A stretch of 64,000 nucleotides of DNA from an uncultured Solirubrobacteraceae bacterium. GTDB taxonomy: Bacteria > Actinomycetota > Thermoleophilia > Solirubrobacterales > Solirubrobacteraceae. Below, piece by piece: positions 1-9,694 of the stretch. The notes below the pieces were generated by a model. That model did no database searches, was not told the DNA's origin, and worked only from the letters and a program-made list of their open reading frames with translations. The translations under genes were made by a program, and so were the position numbers. The stretch is taken from the NCBI GenBank assembly GCA_963714285.1, contig CAVQNS010000002.1, forward strand, positions 5,480-69,479, read 5' to 3'. The first letter of the stretch is position 1, and every line of letters begins with the position of its first letter.

Positions 1-249
1 GTCACCATCAAAGCCGGCGGCGATTCCGATGCGCTCGCCGCGCACCTCATAAAGGAGATCAGCGGCGCCACGCGCGCACGTGTGATCGAAGGCGGCGTCG
101 AGCTGCACGTCAAGGGCGTCGAGCGCCTCGTGCCGCAGATCGTCAACGCCACCGAGCGCGGCGGCTTCGACGTCGTCGACCTGTCGGTCGCCGAACCCAG
201 CCTCGAGACCGTCTTCATCAACCTCACCGGCAAGGAGCTGCGCGACTGA
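1..249 (+). CDS. ABC transporter ATP-binding protein, C-terminal part (cut by window edge)
   Basis: Frame 1 reads ...DLSVAEPSLETVFINLTGKELRD*, a typical DrrA/NodI-type C-terminus. The TGA overlaps the ATG of the next gene. Confidence 0.85.
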   Translation, partial: VTIKAGGDSDALAAHLIKEISGATRARVIEGGVELHVKGVERLVPQIVNATERGGFDVVDLSVAEPSLETVFINLTGKELRD

Positions 250-1139
250 TGGCCAGCGCCCCCTCCACATCCACCGCCAGCCGCCACGCGCAGATCAACG
301 TCGAGCCCACCCGCTCGACGATGACCGCCAGCCGCGTCGCCCTGCGCGCGCTCGTGCTGCGCGACCTAGTCGTGCTGCGCAAGCACTTCGGCGAGTTCAT
401 CGTGCGCACGCTGATCCAGCCGTTCCTGCTCGTGTTCGTGTTCCTGTACGTATTCCCCTCGATCGGCCAAGGCATCGGCGGCGGCGCCGGCAAGGCCGCC
501 GAGTCGCACTTCGCCTCCGTGCTGATCCCCGGCGTCGTCGGCATCTCGATCATGTTCCAAGGTATCCAAGCCGTCGCGCTGCAGCTGTCCACCGAGTTTG
601 GCTACACGCGCGAGATCGAGGACCGCGTGCAAGCACCCTGTCCGATCTGGCTGGTCGCCCTCTCAAAGGTCTTCTCCGGCGCCGCGCAAGGGCTGCTCGC
701 GGCCGTGATCGTGTTCCCGATCGCCGCCGTCGTGCACGCGCCCGGCGTGCACGCCAACCTCACAGTGCACTGGTGGGTCGTGCTGACGCTGATCCCGCTC
801 GCCTGCGTGACCATGACCTCGCTCGGGCTGCTGCTCGGGACCGCCTTCGAGCCGCGCAACATCGGGCTGATGTTCGGCTTCGTGGTGCTGCCGCTGACGT
901 TCCTCGGCGGCACCTACTACCAGTGGACGAAGCTCGCGCCCGTCAAGCTCGACGGCGTGCACTGGCTGCAGATCGTCGTGCTCGTCAACCCGCTGATCTA
1001 CGTCAACGAGGGCATGCGCGCAGGGCTGACCGAAGCCTCACACATGCATCTCTACATCGTCTACCCGGTGCTGATCGGCTTCTGCGCGATGTTCCTCGGG
1101 CTCGGACTGCGCAAGTTCCGCGGGCGCGTGCTCTCGTGA
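249..1139 (+). CDS. ABC-2 type transporter permease
   Basis: Multiple hydrophobic segments and an NPLIY motif; coupled to the upstream ATPase. Confidence 0.9.
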   Translation: MASAPSTSTASRHAQINVEPTRSTMTASRVALRALVLRDLVVLRKHFGEFIVRTLIQPFLLVFVFLYVFPSIGQGIGGGAGKAAESHFASVLIPGVVGISIMFQGIQAVALQLSTEFGYTREIEDRVQAPCPIWLVALSKVFSGAAQGLLAAVIVFPIAAVVHAPGVHANLTVHWWVVLTLIPLACVTMTSLGLLLGTAFEPRNIGLMFGFVVLPLTFLGGTYYQWTKLAPVKLDGVHWLQIVVLVNPLIYVNEGMRAGLTEASHMHLYIVYPVLIGFCAMFLGLGLRKFRGRVLS

Positions 1140-1213
1140 CGCCAACGCTGCTGATCGTGATCGCGAGCACCCGCCCCGGCCGTAAGGCGCTCGCGGGGTT
1201 GCGGGGCGATTAG
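1136..1213 (+). pseudogene. 5' remnant of NADPH-dependent FMN reductase
   Basis: GTG overlaps the permease stop and reads MTPTLLIVIASTRPGRK...*. IASTRPGR is the N-terminal FMN-binding loop of this family; the frame stops after 25 aa. Confidence 0.6.
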
Positions 1214-1271
1214 CGGTGTCATCCGGCCCGCGGCCCTGACGAGGTGTCAGCTGGGGGACACGACTGTGATC

Positions 1272-1310
1272 CTATTTCTGTTCGATCGGCTCAACCCGGT
1301 AACCGTCGAG
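1272..1310 (-). pseudogene. Degenerate copy of the glyoxalase (gloA) 3' end
   Basis: Reads DGYRVEPIEQK* versus DGYRIELIETD* in gloA. 23/29 nt match between 1282-1310 and 2506-2534, with the same distance to the stop. Confidence 0.6.
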
Positions 1311-1392
1311 GTAGTGGACGGTTTGCAACTCACTCATGCCCGGCGTCCACGAGTGGCAAAGGCGTTCGGTTGCGTAGGCGTAGCATGGCCGT

Positions 1393-1734
1393 ATGAGCTC
1401 AGCAGAGGGGCCTAAGCAGCGGCACCGGCGACTTCTTCTCTGCTCAGCAGGGGTGCTGATCGCCACGCTGGCGACGCTCCTTGCAGGAGCCGTCTTGGGT
1501 GAAAGCATCGCGGACTCCAACTACGACGCGACAGAAAACCGAGCACCCGGGGCACGGATCGCCATTGCCGCTCTCGCGACGGTCTTGGCGTTGTCCGGCC
1601 TCGGCGTCGCGGTGGCGCGGCTGCGTGGCCGACGCGGGGGACCATCAGCGCCCACCGGGCTGTTGTTGAGCGCCACGTACGTCCTGCTCGTCGTGCTCTA
1701 TGGAATCGTCAGGCTCGCCAGCGGACCGACTTAG
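1393..1734 (+). CDS. Hypothetical membrane protein (about 3 TM)
   Basis: Three hydrophobic stretches; TAGCAT -10-like hexamer 6 nt before the ATG. Confidence 0.6.
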   Translation: MSSAEGPKQRHRRLLLCSAGVLIATLATLLAGAVLGESIADSNYDATENRAPGARIAIAALATVLALSGLGVAVARLRGRRGGPSAPTGLLLSATYVLLVVLYGIVRLASGPT

Positions 1735-1843
1735 GTCTGTCCCAGCTGCTTCGAGAGGTTCGCCTCACGCTTCGCGCGGGGCTCAGGTTGATCGAGCGCT
1801 ACGATCTCGAGCTAGGAGGCCAAGCGAGCCGGTGCTGCGGGCT

Positions 1844-2239
1844 TCATCGATCAAGCGGGCGAAGATCCTCGATTTGGCAAGGACGATCAGGCAGCTCGAC
1901 GATCTCTGGGTCGCCAGTGAGCAGCACGAAGCCATGCGCGGCGGCCGTGGCCACAGCGAAGCAGTCTCCAAGTGCGGCCGAAGCGCCCGCCTTCAGGCGA
2001 GCTACCTCGATCATGCGGGCGGTCCCAGGCAGCTCTAGGGAGAGCACGGCTCGCAGGTCTGAAAGCGTCTCGTCGGCCGCAACCCGTCCGTGGTCGCGCT
2101 CGACGCGGTAGTAGACCTCAACCAGGTTCACCCAGCTGGTCAGGGGCCTGGTGCCGATGATCTCCTCGATACGCGAGAGCGCCGGCTCTTCTCCATCCAG
2201 CCAGGCCAGAATCGCCCACGAATCGAGGCAGACGCTCAC
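1844..2239 (-). CDS. vapC: PIN-domain toxin (VapC family)
   Basis: Motifs VCLDSWA, VNLVE, LGDCFAVATA and LLTGD. The GTG start overlaps the antitoxin stop (GTGA). Confidence 0.85.
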   Translation of the reverse strand: MSVCLDSWAILAWLDGEEPALSRIEEIIGTRPLTSWVNLVEVYYRVERDHGRVAADETLSDLRAVLSLELPGTARMIEVARLKAGASAALGDCFAVATAAAHGFVLLTGDPEIVELPDRPCQIEDLRPLDR

Positions 2240-2451
2240 CGAGGCTCGCGCGATCGATCCTCGAGCAGGCGCGCCGCCATCCCGGTCTTCGAGAACCGGC
2301 CACCCAAGCGAGCAGTAGACGGTTGCGCCACGAGCACGATCTCCTTGCCACGCAACTCGAAGTCGACCACATCGCCCGGCTGCAGAGAAGCACGATCGCG
2401 CAGCCACTTCGGGATCACGACTTGACCCTTGGCTCCGATTCGACCAGTCAT
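2236..2451 (-). CDS. AbrB/MazE/SpoVT-family antitoxin
   Basis: MTGRIGAKGQVVIPKWLRD...QPGDVVDF matches the AbrB signature; lies upstream of the PIN toxin. Confidence 0.85.
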   Translation of the reverse strand: MTGRIGAKGQVVIPKWLRDRASLQPGDVVDFELRGKEIVLVAQPSTARLGGRFSKTGMAARLLEDRSREPR

Positions 2452-2495
2452 ACTGGATGAGTATAACGTCCGGCCGGGCACCCTGTGGACTGGGT

Positions 2496-2873
2496 TCAGT
2501 CCGTCTCGATCAGCTCGATGCGGTAGCCGTCGGGATCCCTCACGAAGCAAAGCCGCGACCCTCCCTCGCGTACCGAGTAGGGCGGCTTCTCGGGCTCGAT
2601 GCCCTGGTCTGCAAGACGCGCGAGCGTGCCGTCGAGATCGGTCGCTGTGATCGCGATGTGGCCGTAGCCGGTGCCGATCTGATAGGAGTCGACCCCGAAG
2701 TTGTACGTGAGCTCCAGGCGGGGCATGTCGCCGTCGCCGGGCTGGTTCATGAAGACGTTGATCGCCTCGTCTTTGATCGGCAGGCGGCCGACCTCCTGGA
2801 AGCCGAGTGCCTCGTAGAAGGCGACCGAGCGGTCGACGTCGGTGATCCGGTAGCAGGTGTGGATGAGGGCCAT
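2496..2873 (-). CDS. gloA: Lactoylglutathione lyase / VOC family
   Basis: Motifs HTCYR, LELTYN, GYGHIA and RDPDGYRIELI. Confidence 0.85.
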   Translation of the reverse strand: MALIHTCYRITDVDRSVAFYEALGFQEVGRLPIKDEAINVFMNQPGDGDMPRLELTYNFGVDSYQIGTGYGHIAITATDLDGTLARLADQGIEPEKPPYSVREGGSRLCFVRDPDGYRIELIETD

Positions 2874-2951
2874 GCGCCAAGTTTACGTCGCCGCGCCTAT
2901 GGGCGGGACGTTGCTGAGCCTGCCTGTCGGCTGCGGTCTACACTTGCGCGC

Positions 2952-4370
2952 GTGCGGACCCTGATCGTTGGCCATGGCGGGCGTGAGAGCGCGCTCGCGC
3001 GCGCGATGGCCGAGCACAGCGAGCTACATGCGTTCGTCGGCCACGAGAACCCGACGATCCTCCGTCACGCGGCGGACTCGGGCGGTAGCCACCAACGCGG
3101 TGATGTCTGCGACCCGCAGGCGGTAGCTGCCTTTGCGCGCGAGCGGGAGATCGACATCGCGATGGTCAGCGCCGACGAACCGCTTGCGGCAGGCGTCGTC
3201 GACGCGCTGCTCGGGCAGGGCACGCGCGCCGTGGGGCCGACCGCCGCCGGCGCGGAGATCGAGTGGAACAAGACATTCGCACGCTCACTGCTGGCGGAAG
3301 TCGCCCCGGATGCCTCGCCGCTGCTGCGCGTCGTCCACGACGAACGCGAGCTGGACGCGGCGCTCGCCTTCTTCGGCTCGACGCCCGTCGCCGTAAAGCC
3401 CCCCGGCCTGACGGGCGGCAAGGGCGTGAAGGTGATGGGCCCGCACCTCGCGAGCCACGAAGCGGCACGCGACTACGCGCTCGAGCTGCTCGGGCGCGGT
3501 AGCGAGCGCGAGGGAGTGCACATCGAGGAGAAGATCGTCGGCGCCGAGTTCACGATCCAGGCGATCAGCGACGGGCGCACCGTGATCTTCCCGCCATCCA
3601 CCTACGACTACCCGTACCGCTACGACGGCGACGAGGGGCCCGGTACGGGTGGGATGGGCTCGCTGTCGATGGCGAGCCCGGTGCTGCCGTTCATGAGCAC
3701 CGGCCACTACAAGCAGGCCTGCTCGATCATCGAGCGCGTGATCGAGCGCCTGGCACAGCAGGGGCGCCACTTCACCGGCGTGATGAACAGCGGCTTCTTC
3801 GCGACCGTCGACGGGGTCAAGGCGATTGAGTTCAACGCCCGCTTCGGCGACCCCGAGTGCATGAACATCATGAGCCTGTTCGACAGCAGCTGGCCCGCGG
3901 TGATGGAGCGCATCTGCGCCGCGAGCCTTCACGCCGACGACGTTCCGCTCCGTGACGAGGCGTCGCTCGTCCTCTACCTAGTCTCGCCCGACTACGCGCT
4001 GACCACCGGCTTCGCCGGCGGTGCTCCCGCATACGAGTTCACGCTCGAGCGCGAGCGGATCGAAGCGGGCGGCTGCAACGTGTTCTTCTCCTCAGCGGTT
4101 GAGGTCGGCGATAACGCCTACCGGACCGTGGGGACCTCGCGCGCGGTGGCATTGACGGCCACGGCGCTCACGCTCGAGCAGGCACGCGCGCGGGTCACCG
4201 AGAGCGCCGCCACGGTGCCGGTGCTGGAGTGGCGCAAGGACGTCGGCGACGAGCGCTACCTAAACGACCTTGCCAGGCTCGTCGAACCACAGGACGCGGT
4301 CGCCCAGGCAGACGGTCGCGCTGCCGGCGAGGCGGCTGGGAACGCGACGTTGCTCTCGAACGCCGGCTGA
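2952..4370 (+). CDS. Phosphoribosylamine-glycine ligase-like ATP-grasp protein (divergent)
   Basis: GGRE, GGKGV, TGGMG and EFNARFGDPE motifs are present, but several PurD substrate motifs are altered. TACACT lies 7 nt before the GTG. Confidence 0.8.
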   Translation: MRTLIVGHGGRESALARAMAEHSELHAFVGHENPTILRHAADSGGSHQRGDVCDPQAVAAFAREREIDIAMVSADEPLAAGVVDALLGQGTRAVGPTAAGAEIEWNKTFARSLLAEVAPDASPLLRVVHDERELDAALAFFGSTPVAVKPPGLTGGKGVKVMGPHLASHEAARDYALELLGRGSEREGVHIEEKIVGAEFTIQAISDGRTVIFPPSTYDYPYRYDGDEGPGTGGMGSLSMASPVLPFMSTGHYKQACSIIERVIERLAQQGRHFTGVMNSGFFATVDGVKAIEFNARFGDPECMNIMSLFDSSWPAVMERICAASLHADDVPLRDEASLVLYLVSPDYALTTGFAGGAPAYEFTLERERIEAGGCNVFFSSAVEVGDNAYRTVGTSRAVALTATALTLEQARARVTESAATVPVLEWRKDVGDERYLNDLARLVEPQDAVAQADGRAAGEAAGNATLLSNAG

Positions 4371-4393
4371 CGGATTCGTGCAAGGATGGCGCG

Positions 4394-5251
4394 ATGCTCG
4401 TCGAGCGCGCCATGCATCCCCGGTTCCTGTCGAACACCTTCCTCGTGGCCGACGGTGACGGCGGTCCGGCGTTCTTCGTCGATGCGGGCGGCCCCGTGGC
4501 GCCGCTGATCGAGGCGGCCGAGCGTCTCGGCCTGGCGCCGACGCACGTGCTGCTGACCCATCACCACTTCGATCATGTCAGTGACGTCGGCGAGCTGCAG
4601 GCGCGCTGGCCGAAGCTCGAGGTCCTGATCAGCGAGCGCGAGCGCGAGCTGCTGAGCGAGGCCGCGGCGGACGGTGGCGGCGGCCTTCCCGACCCTGCGC
4701 GCATGGGCTCGGTCGAGCCCGGCCAGACGCTGCGATTCGGCGCGCTCGAGGTGCGCCCGCTGCACACGCCTGGGCACACTGCCGGGATGCTGTCGTTCCT
4801 CGTCGGCGTCCGCTCCGGCGGCGAGGCCGCACCCGCACGTGCGGCCAGGGGCGCGGCACCCGGAGGACTCGTGGGCGCCGGGCTGGTGGTGTTCACCGGC
4901 GACACGCTCTTCAAGGATTCGGTCGGCGGCGTCAAAGCACCAGGGCACACCACCTACACCGATCTGCGCGACTCGATCATGGGCACGCTGATGGAGCTGC
5001 CGCCAGACACCGTGATCTACCCCGGTCACTCGGACGAGACGTCGGTCGCGCGCGAGTGGGACTCAAACGCGTTCATCCGCGTCTGGCGAGGCCTCGACGC
5101 CGAGGGCGCGCAGCCGTGCACGGCGCTCGGCCAGCCAGCCAGGCTGGTGCTGCTGGGAGCCGACTACGACGGCGGCACCAAGGCCTGGGTGCGCTGGCCC
5201 GACGGCTCAGACGACATCGTTCCCGGCTCGCACGTCGAGCGGCAGGCCTAG
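4394..5251 (+). CDS. MBL-fold metallo-hydrolase (glyoxalase II-like)
   Basis: Motifs THHHFDH, TPGHT, FTGDTLF and YPGH. Confidence 0.9.
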   Translation: MLVERAMHPRFLSNTFLVADGDGGPAFFVDAGGPVAPLIEAAERLGLAPTHVLLTHHHFDHVSDVGELQARWPKLEVLISERERELLSEAAADGGGGLPDPARMGSVEPGQTLRFGALEVRPLHTPGHTAGMLSFLVGVRSGGEAAPARAARGAAPGGLVGAGLVVFTGDTLFKDSVGGVKAPGHTTYTDLRDSIMGTLMELPPDTVIYPGHSDETSVAREWDSNAFIRVWRGLDAEGAQPCTALGQPARLVLLGADYDGGTKAWVRWPDGSDDIVPGSHVERQA

Positions 5252-5305
5252 CGAGCGGCGCCGCCGGATACTCGCTCGGGCCGTCCAGCTCCTAGCATGG
5301 GGAAC

Positions 5306-6709
5306 ATGGCGCGCGAGAACGAGAAGATCCCCACGTCGCGTGCGAGGCGCACGGCGACGGTCGCCACGCTCGCCGCCAGCGAGGCCGTCAAGCAGTTCGG
5401 GACACGCGCCGCGAACGTGACGCGCGGGGAGGAGGCCTCCGAGGAAGCGATGGCCCGGCGCCAGCTCGAGACCGCCAAGCAGATCGTCGCGGTGCTGGGC
5501 ACGATGAAGGGCGCCGCAATGAAGCTCGGGCAGGTGATGTCCTTCTTGGACGTCGGTCTCGTCGCCGAGGAGCACCGCGAAGAGTTCCAGCGCGAGCTCG
5601 CGAAGCTGCGCGACGCCGCGCCGACGGTCTCCTTCAAGCAGATGCGGCGGGTGATCGAGGAGGATCTCGAAGCGCCGATCGCCGAGATCTTCGCATCCTT
5701 CGAGGAGGAGCCGATCGCGGCGGCGTCGATCGGGCAGGTCTACCGCGCGACGCTCACCGATGGTCGCGAGGTCGCCGTCAAGGTCCAGTACCCGGGTGTG
5801 GCCAGCGCGGTCAGGGCGGACATGCAGAACCTGGACATGATCCTGCGCCTGCTCAAGCGCATGACTCCGGCGCTCGACGTCAAGGCGATCGCCGAGGAGA
5901 TCAAGGAGCGGATCGTCGAGGAGCTCGACTACGAGCTCGAGGCCCAGAACCAGCGCTCGCTGGCGCGGATCTTCGCTGGCCATCCGTTCATCGTCGTGCC
6001 CGACGTGGTCACCTCGCTCTCGCGCGAGCGGGTGCTGGTCAGCGAGTTCGTCGACGGTGTGGGCTTCGAGGAGCTCAAGAGTCGCCCGCAGGCTGAGCGC
6101 GACCGCATCGGCGAGATCATCTTCCGGTTCTTCCTCGGCTGCCTGTATCGCCACCGCCAGTTCTCCGGCGATCCGCACCCCGGGAACTTCCTGCTGCTGG
6201 GTGACGGGCGTGTGGCGTTCCTCGACTTCGGGCTGTTCAAGCGCTTGGATGCCGAGCCGGTCGAACTCGAGCTGGCCGCGCAGCGAGCCGTAACGGAGGG
6301 CGACTCGGCCAAGCTGCACGAGCTGCTGGCCGCCTCCGGCTTCCTGCCCGAACCCGAGCGTGTCGACCCCGACAGCCTGCTGGCGTTCATCAAAGATGCG
6401 ATCTGGTGGTACACGACCGCCGATGAAGACGTGCTGCTCTCGCCCGAGATCGCCACACAGGTGATGATCGAGAGCTCTGACCCGCGCTCCAGCCACTTCC
6501 GCGAGATGCGCCATCAGACGATCCGCCCCGAGCACCTGTTCGGACGCCGCATGGAGATGCTGACGCTCGCGGTGCTCTCGCAGCTGAGAGCCAGCGCCAA
6601 CTGGCACAGGATCGCCCGCGAGTGGATGTACGGCGAGGACCCCGTCACCGAGCTCGGTCGCGAGGAGGCAGACTTCTACGGACGCAGCGGCGTCGCCACG
6701 CGCGGCTGA
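5306..6709 (+). CDS. AarF/ABC1/UbiB kinase family protein
   Basis: Motifs KLGQ, AAASIGQVYRA, VAVKVQYP, DPHPGN and LDFG. Start chosen 7 nt after TAGCAT. Confidence 0.92.
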   Translation: MARENEKIPTSRARRTATVATLAASEAVKQFGTRAANVTRGEEASEEAMARRQLETAKQIVAVLGTMKGAAMKLGQVMSFLDVGLVAEEHREEFQRELAKLRDAAPTVSFKQMRRVIEEDLEAPIAEIFASFEEEPIAAASIGQVYRATLTDGREVAVKVQYPGVASAVRADMQNLDMILRLLKRMTPALDVKAIAEEIKERIVEELDYELEAQNQRSLARIFAGHPFIVVPDVVTSLSRERVLVSEFVDGVGFEELKSRPQAERDRIGEIIFRFFLGCLYRHRQFSGDPHPGNFLLLGDGRVAFLDFGLFKRLDAEPVELELAAQRAVTEGDSAKLHELLAASGFLPEPERVDPDSLLAFIKDAIWWYTTADEDVLLSPEIATQVMIESSDPRSSHFREMRHQTIRPEHLFGRRMEMLTLAVLSQLRASANWHRIAREWMYGEDPVTELGREEADFYGRSGVATRG

Positions 6710-6794
6710 AGCAAGGGTTCTCGCGAGCGGTGCGGCGGGCCGCCGGGGTGTGGCGGGACCGTCGGCGGAGAAGGCGGCCCTGCCGCCGCATGGA

Positions 6795-8216
6795 TCAGAC
6801 GCCCGACTCAGCGATGATGCGCCCGGACCTGGCAGCCGCCGCCAAAGCGTGGTAATCGCGCTCGTTCTGCTCGGCATAGCCGCGGGCGAAGCCCACCATG
6901 GCGCGATCGAAGTGCGCGCCTTTGCCGAGGTAGGCGGCGATCGCGATCCGGTCGCCGCTGCGCGCATGCGCCCGGGCCAGCGTCCAGCCGCACAGTCGCC
7001 CATAGCTGGCCATGCCCTTGGGGGTCATCTGCTCGATTTCCGCCGAGCCCTTCCAGTCGCGCAGCTGGCGAGCATAGAAGTCGCGGGCGCGGTCATCCGG
7101 CCCCGGCTCGACGTGCAGCCAGCCCAGGAAGATGTCGCTGCTGGCCTGCATCAGGCGCTGTCCGGTGACGACCCGCTCGCCGTGGTTGTGGAACTCGCTG
7201 GGACCCAGGAACTGCTCGAGCACCGACGACTCCGCCTCCTTCAGCTGCAGGAACAGCGGGTCTCCGTCGTCGCGGCCGAGCAGCAGCGCGACCCAGGCGC
7301 TCGTGCCGACGCTGCCGACGCCGACGACCTTGCGCGCGAAGTCGATGACACGGAAGCGCTCGAGCAGCACGCGGCGGTCGCGCTGGAGGGACTTCCGGTA
7401 CGAGCGCAGATGGCTGTGCAGTGCATCGAACATCTCCCCGCGTTCGCCGCCGCCGGTAAGCTCGTCGATCGGCACGATCAGCGGCGGGTCCGCGCGAATA
7501 CGCGGCCGGCCGTCGACGACGTGGGTCAGCTTCGAGAGCGCTGAGGTGCTGTCACGCGTGCGCGCCTTCGCGAGAGCCTGCTCGGTGCGCTTGGCTACCT
7601 TCGGCGCCAGCTGGGAGCCTAGTCGCTCGAACGTGTCGTCGATGTCCAGGTGCGCGTACCAGACGTCCAGATCGGCCATCGCGGCGAAGCGCGCCATCGC
7701 CGTGCGGTACTCCTCGGCGCTCGCCAGCACGATCCGCTCCTGATGCTTGACGGAGAAGTCGTTGTTGCGCGCCGCGATCAGCAGGCTTGTCGTCAGGCGC
7801 TTGATATCCCACTCCCACGGACCCGGCAGCGTCTCGTCGAAGTCGTTGACGTCGAACACCAGCTGGCGCTCGGGCGAAGCGAACACGCCGAAGTTCGAGA
7901 GGTGAGCGTCGCCGCAGCACTGCACCGTCAGCCCCGAGCGCGGCGTGGGCGCAAGGTCGCTGGCCATGACCAGCGCGGCTCCTCGGTAGAAGTTGAACGG
8001 CGAGACCAGCATCCGCCCGTAGCGGATCGGCACGAGCTCGGGCACGCGCGTGGCGGATTGGCGCTCGAGCAGCTCGACCGGGTCGGCGCGATTCGACGCC
8101 GGCCCAAAGCCGGCGTGGCTCGAACGCGGCGCCTGTGCGCGCGCCGCCTTCCCAAGCGCAACCCGCTCGGCCACGCTCGGATGCGCCGCTCGCTCGAGCA
8201 CGCTCGCGTGCGCCAT
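6795..8216 (-). CDS. DUF2252 domain protein
   Basis: Motifs PIRYGRM, GDAHLSNFG, DVNDFDE, KVVGVGSVG, LQLKEA and LARAHARSGD. Confidence 0.9.
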   Translation of the reverse strand: MAHASVLERAAHPSVAERVALGKAARAQAPRSSHAGFGPASNRADPVELLERQSATRVPELVPIRYGRMLVSPFNFYRGAALVMASDLAPTPRSGLTVQCCGDAHLSNFGVFASPERQLVFDVNDFDETLPGPWEWDIKRLTTSLLIAARNNDFSVKHQERIVLASAEEYRTAMARFAAMADLDVWYAHLDIDDTFERLGSQLAPKVAKRTEQALAKARTRDSTSALSKLTHVVDGRPRIRADPPLIVPIDELTGGGERGEMFDALHSHLRSYRKSLQRDRRVLLERFRVIDFARKVVGVGSVGTSAWVALLLGRDDGDPLFLQLKEAESSVLEQFLGPSEFHNHGERVVTGQRLMQASSDIFLGWLHVEPGPDDRARDFYARQLRDWKGSAEIEQMTPKGMASYGRLCGWTLARAHARSGDRIAIAAYLGKGAHFDRAMVGFARGYAEQNERDYHALAAAARSGRIIAESGV

Positions 8217-8224
8217 CACAGCGC

Positions 8225-9661
8225 TCAGAACCCGGTGTTCGTCTTCACGCGCTTGCGGTCCTGCGGGTGCAGCCGGCCCTTGGCCTCGAGCGCCTTGCAG
8301 GCCTCGGCGATGTCGTTGCCGAGGCACGTCGTCAGCGAGTGCCCGAGCGTTTGCTTGACGAGCACGCGCATGATCTTCACGTGTTCGGCGTTGGGTGGAA
8401 GCGTGTAGGCGGGCACCATCCAGCCGCGCCCAGCAGCCAGCTGCGCAGCGATGTCGAACTCGTCGTAGGAATGCTCACCGGCGAGTTTGAATGCTACGAG
8501 CGGCAGCTGCTCGTCCTGCGCTGAGCCGATCAGCTCGAAGTCGCCGGCCGCTTCGATCTCTTTCGCCAGCGTGCGTGCGTTGTACTTCATCGTCTCCATC
8601 ACATAGCGATAGCCGGAGTGCCCTAGACGCGCGAAGTTGTAGTACTGCGCGAGCACCATCGCCGAGCCGGTCGAGAAGTTGAGCGTGAACGTCGCGTCGC
8701 GCTTGCCGAGGTAGTTCTCGTAGAACACAAGATCCTCGGGCAGATCCGCCTTTTCCCTGAACACGAGCCACCCGATCCCTGGATAGACGAGCCCGAACTT
8801 GTGGCCGGAGACGTTGATCGAGCGGACCTGCTCGAGCCGGAAGTCCCACTCCGAGTCCGGATACAGAAACGGCCACACGAAGCCGCCGCTGGCCGCGTCG
8901 ACGTGCAGCGGCACGTCCAGGCCGCGCCCGCGCTTGAGTGAGACAAGGTAGTCGTTGATGCCGAGGATGTCGTCGGCGTGCCCGGTGAAGGTAGTGCCCA
9001 GCACGGCCGCCACGCCGATCGTGTTCTCATCGATGTGCGGCTCCACGTCCTCGGCGCCGATCGTGTACTTGTCCGGCTTCAGCGGCACGATCCGCGGCTC
9101 CACGTCGAAGTAGCGGCAGAACTTCTCCCAGACCACGTGTACGTCGCCGCCGAACACCAGGTTTGGCCGGTCGAGCGCCTTGCCGGCAGCCTCCCTGCGC
9201 GCGCGCCACTTCCACTTCAGCGACAGCGCCCCCAGCATGATCGCCTCGGAGGATCCCTGCGTGCGCGCGCCCGTGGTCTCGCCCGAGGCGTTGAAGAGGT
9301 CGGCGAGCATGCGGATGCAGCGCTGCTCGATCTCCGCCGACTGCGGATACTCGGCGTGGTCGATGAAGTTCACGCGCAGCGAGTTGTTGATCACCTCGTC
9401 GGCCTCGGGCTCCATCCAGGTGGTCACGAACGTCGCGAGGTTGCGCGCAGGCAGCCCGTCGAGCAGGGTCTCCTCTTCGACCAAGCCCTTGGCTTCCTGT
9501 GCCGACATGCCGTGCCTCGGCAGCTTGTGGTCGGGCGCCGCCTCTAGCAGGTAGCGGTTGCCGTAGATGCTCTCGAGCTTCTCGATCTGGGCGCGCGTTA
9601 GCGCTGGCGGTGCGCTGGCGGGGCGCTGCTCGGCGCTGGGCTGCTCGGGTGGCACGGTCAT
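8225..9661 (-). CDS. gadB: Glutamate decarboxylase (PLP-dependent)
   Basis: Motifs NLATFVTTWME, GSSEA, HVDAASGG, SGHKFG and GWMVPAY; AGGAG RBS. Confidence 0.93.
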   Translation of the reverse strand: MTVPPEQPSAEQRPASAPPALTRAQIEKLESIYGNRYLLEAAPDHKLPRHGMSAQEAKGLVEEETLLDGLPARNLATFVTTWMEPEADEVINNSLRVNFIDHAEYPQSAEIEQRCIRMLADLFNASGETTGARTQGSSEAIMLGALSLKWKWRARREAAGKALDRPNLVFGGDVHVVWEKFCRYFDVEPRIVPLKPDKYTIGAEDVEPHIDENTIGVAAVLGTTFTGHADDILGINDYLVSLKRGRGLDVPLHVDAASGGFVWPFLYPDSEWDFRLEQVRSINVSGHKFGLVYPGIGWLVFREKADLPEDLVFYENYLGKRDATFTLNFSTGSAMVLAQYYNFARLGHSGYRYVMETMKYNARTLAKEIEAAGDFELIGSAQDEQLPLVAFKLAGEHSYDEFDIAAQLAAGRGWMVPAYTLPPNAEHVKIMRVLVKQTLGHSLTTCLGNDIAEACKALEAKGRLHPQDRKRVKTNTGF

Positions 9662-9694
9662 TCTCCTATCGTCGCAGTACTGTGCTCGTCGAGC

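Noticed and set aside
1741-1843. Possible gene remnant (LIERYDLEL) between the membrane gene and vapC
   Set aside because: Too short to assign to any family.
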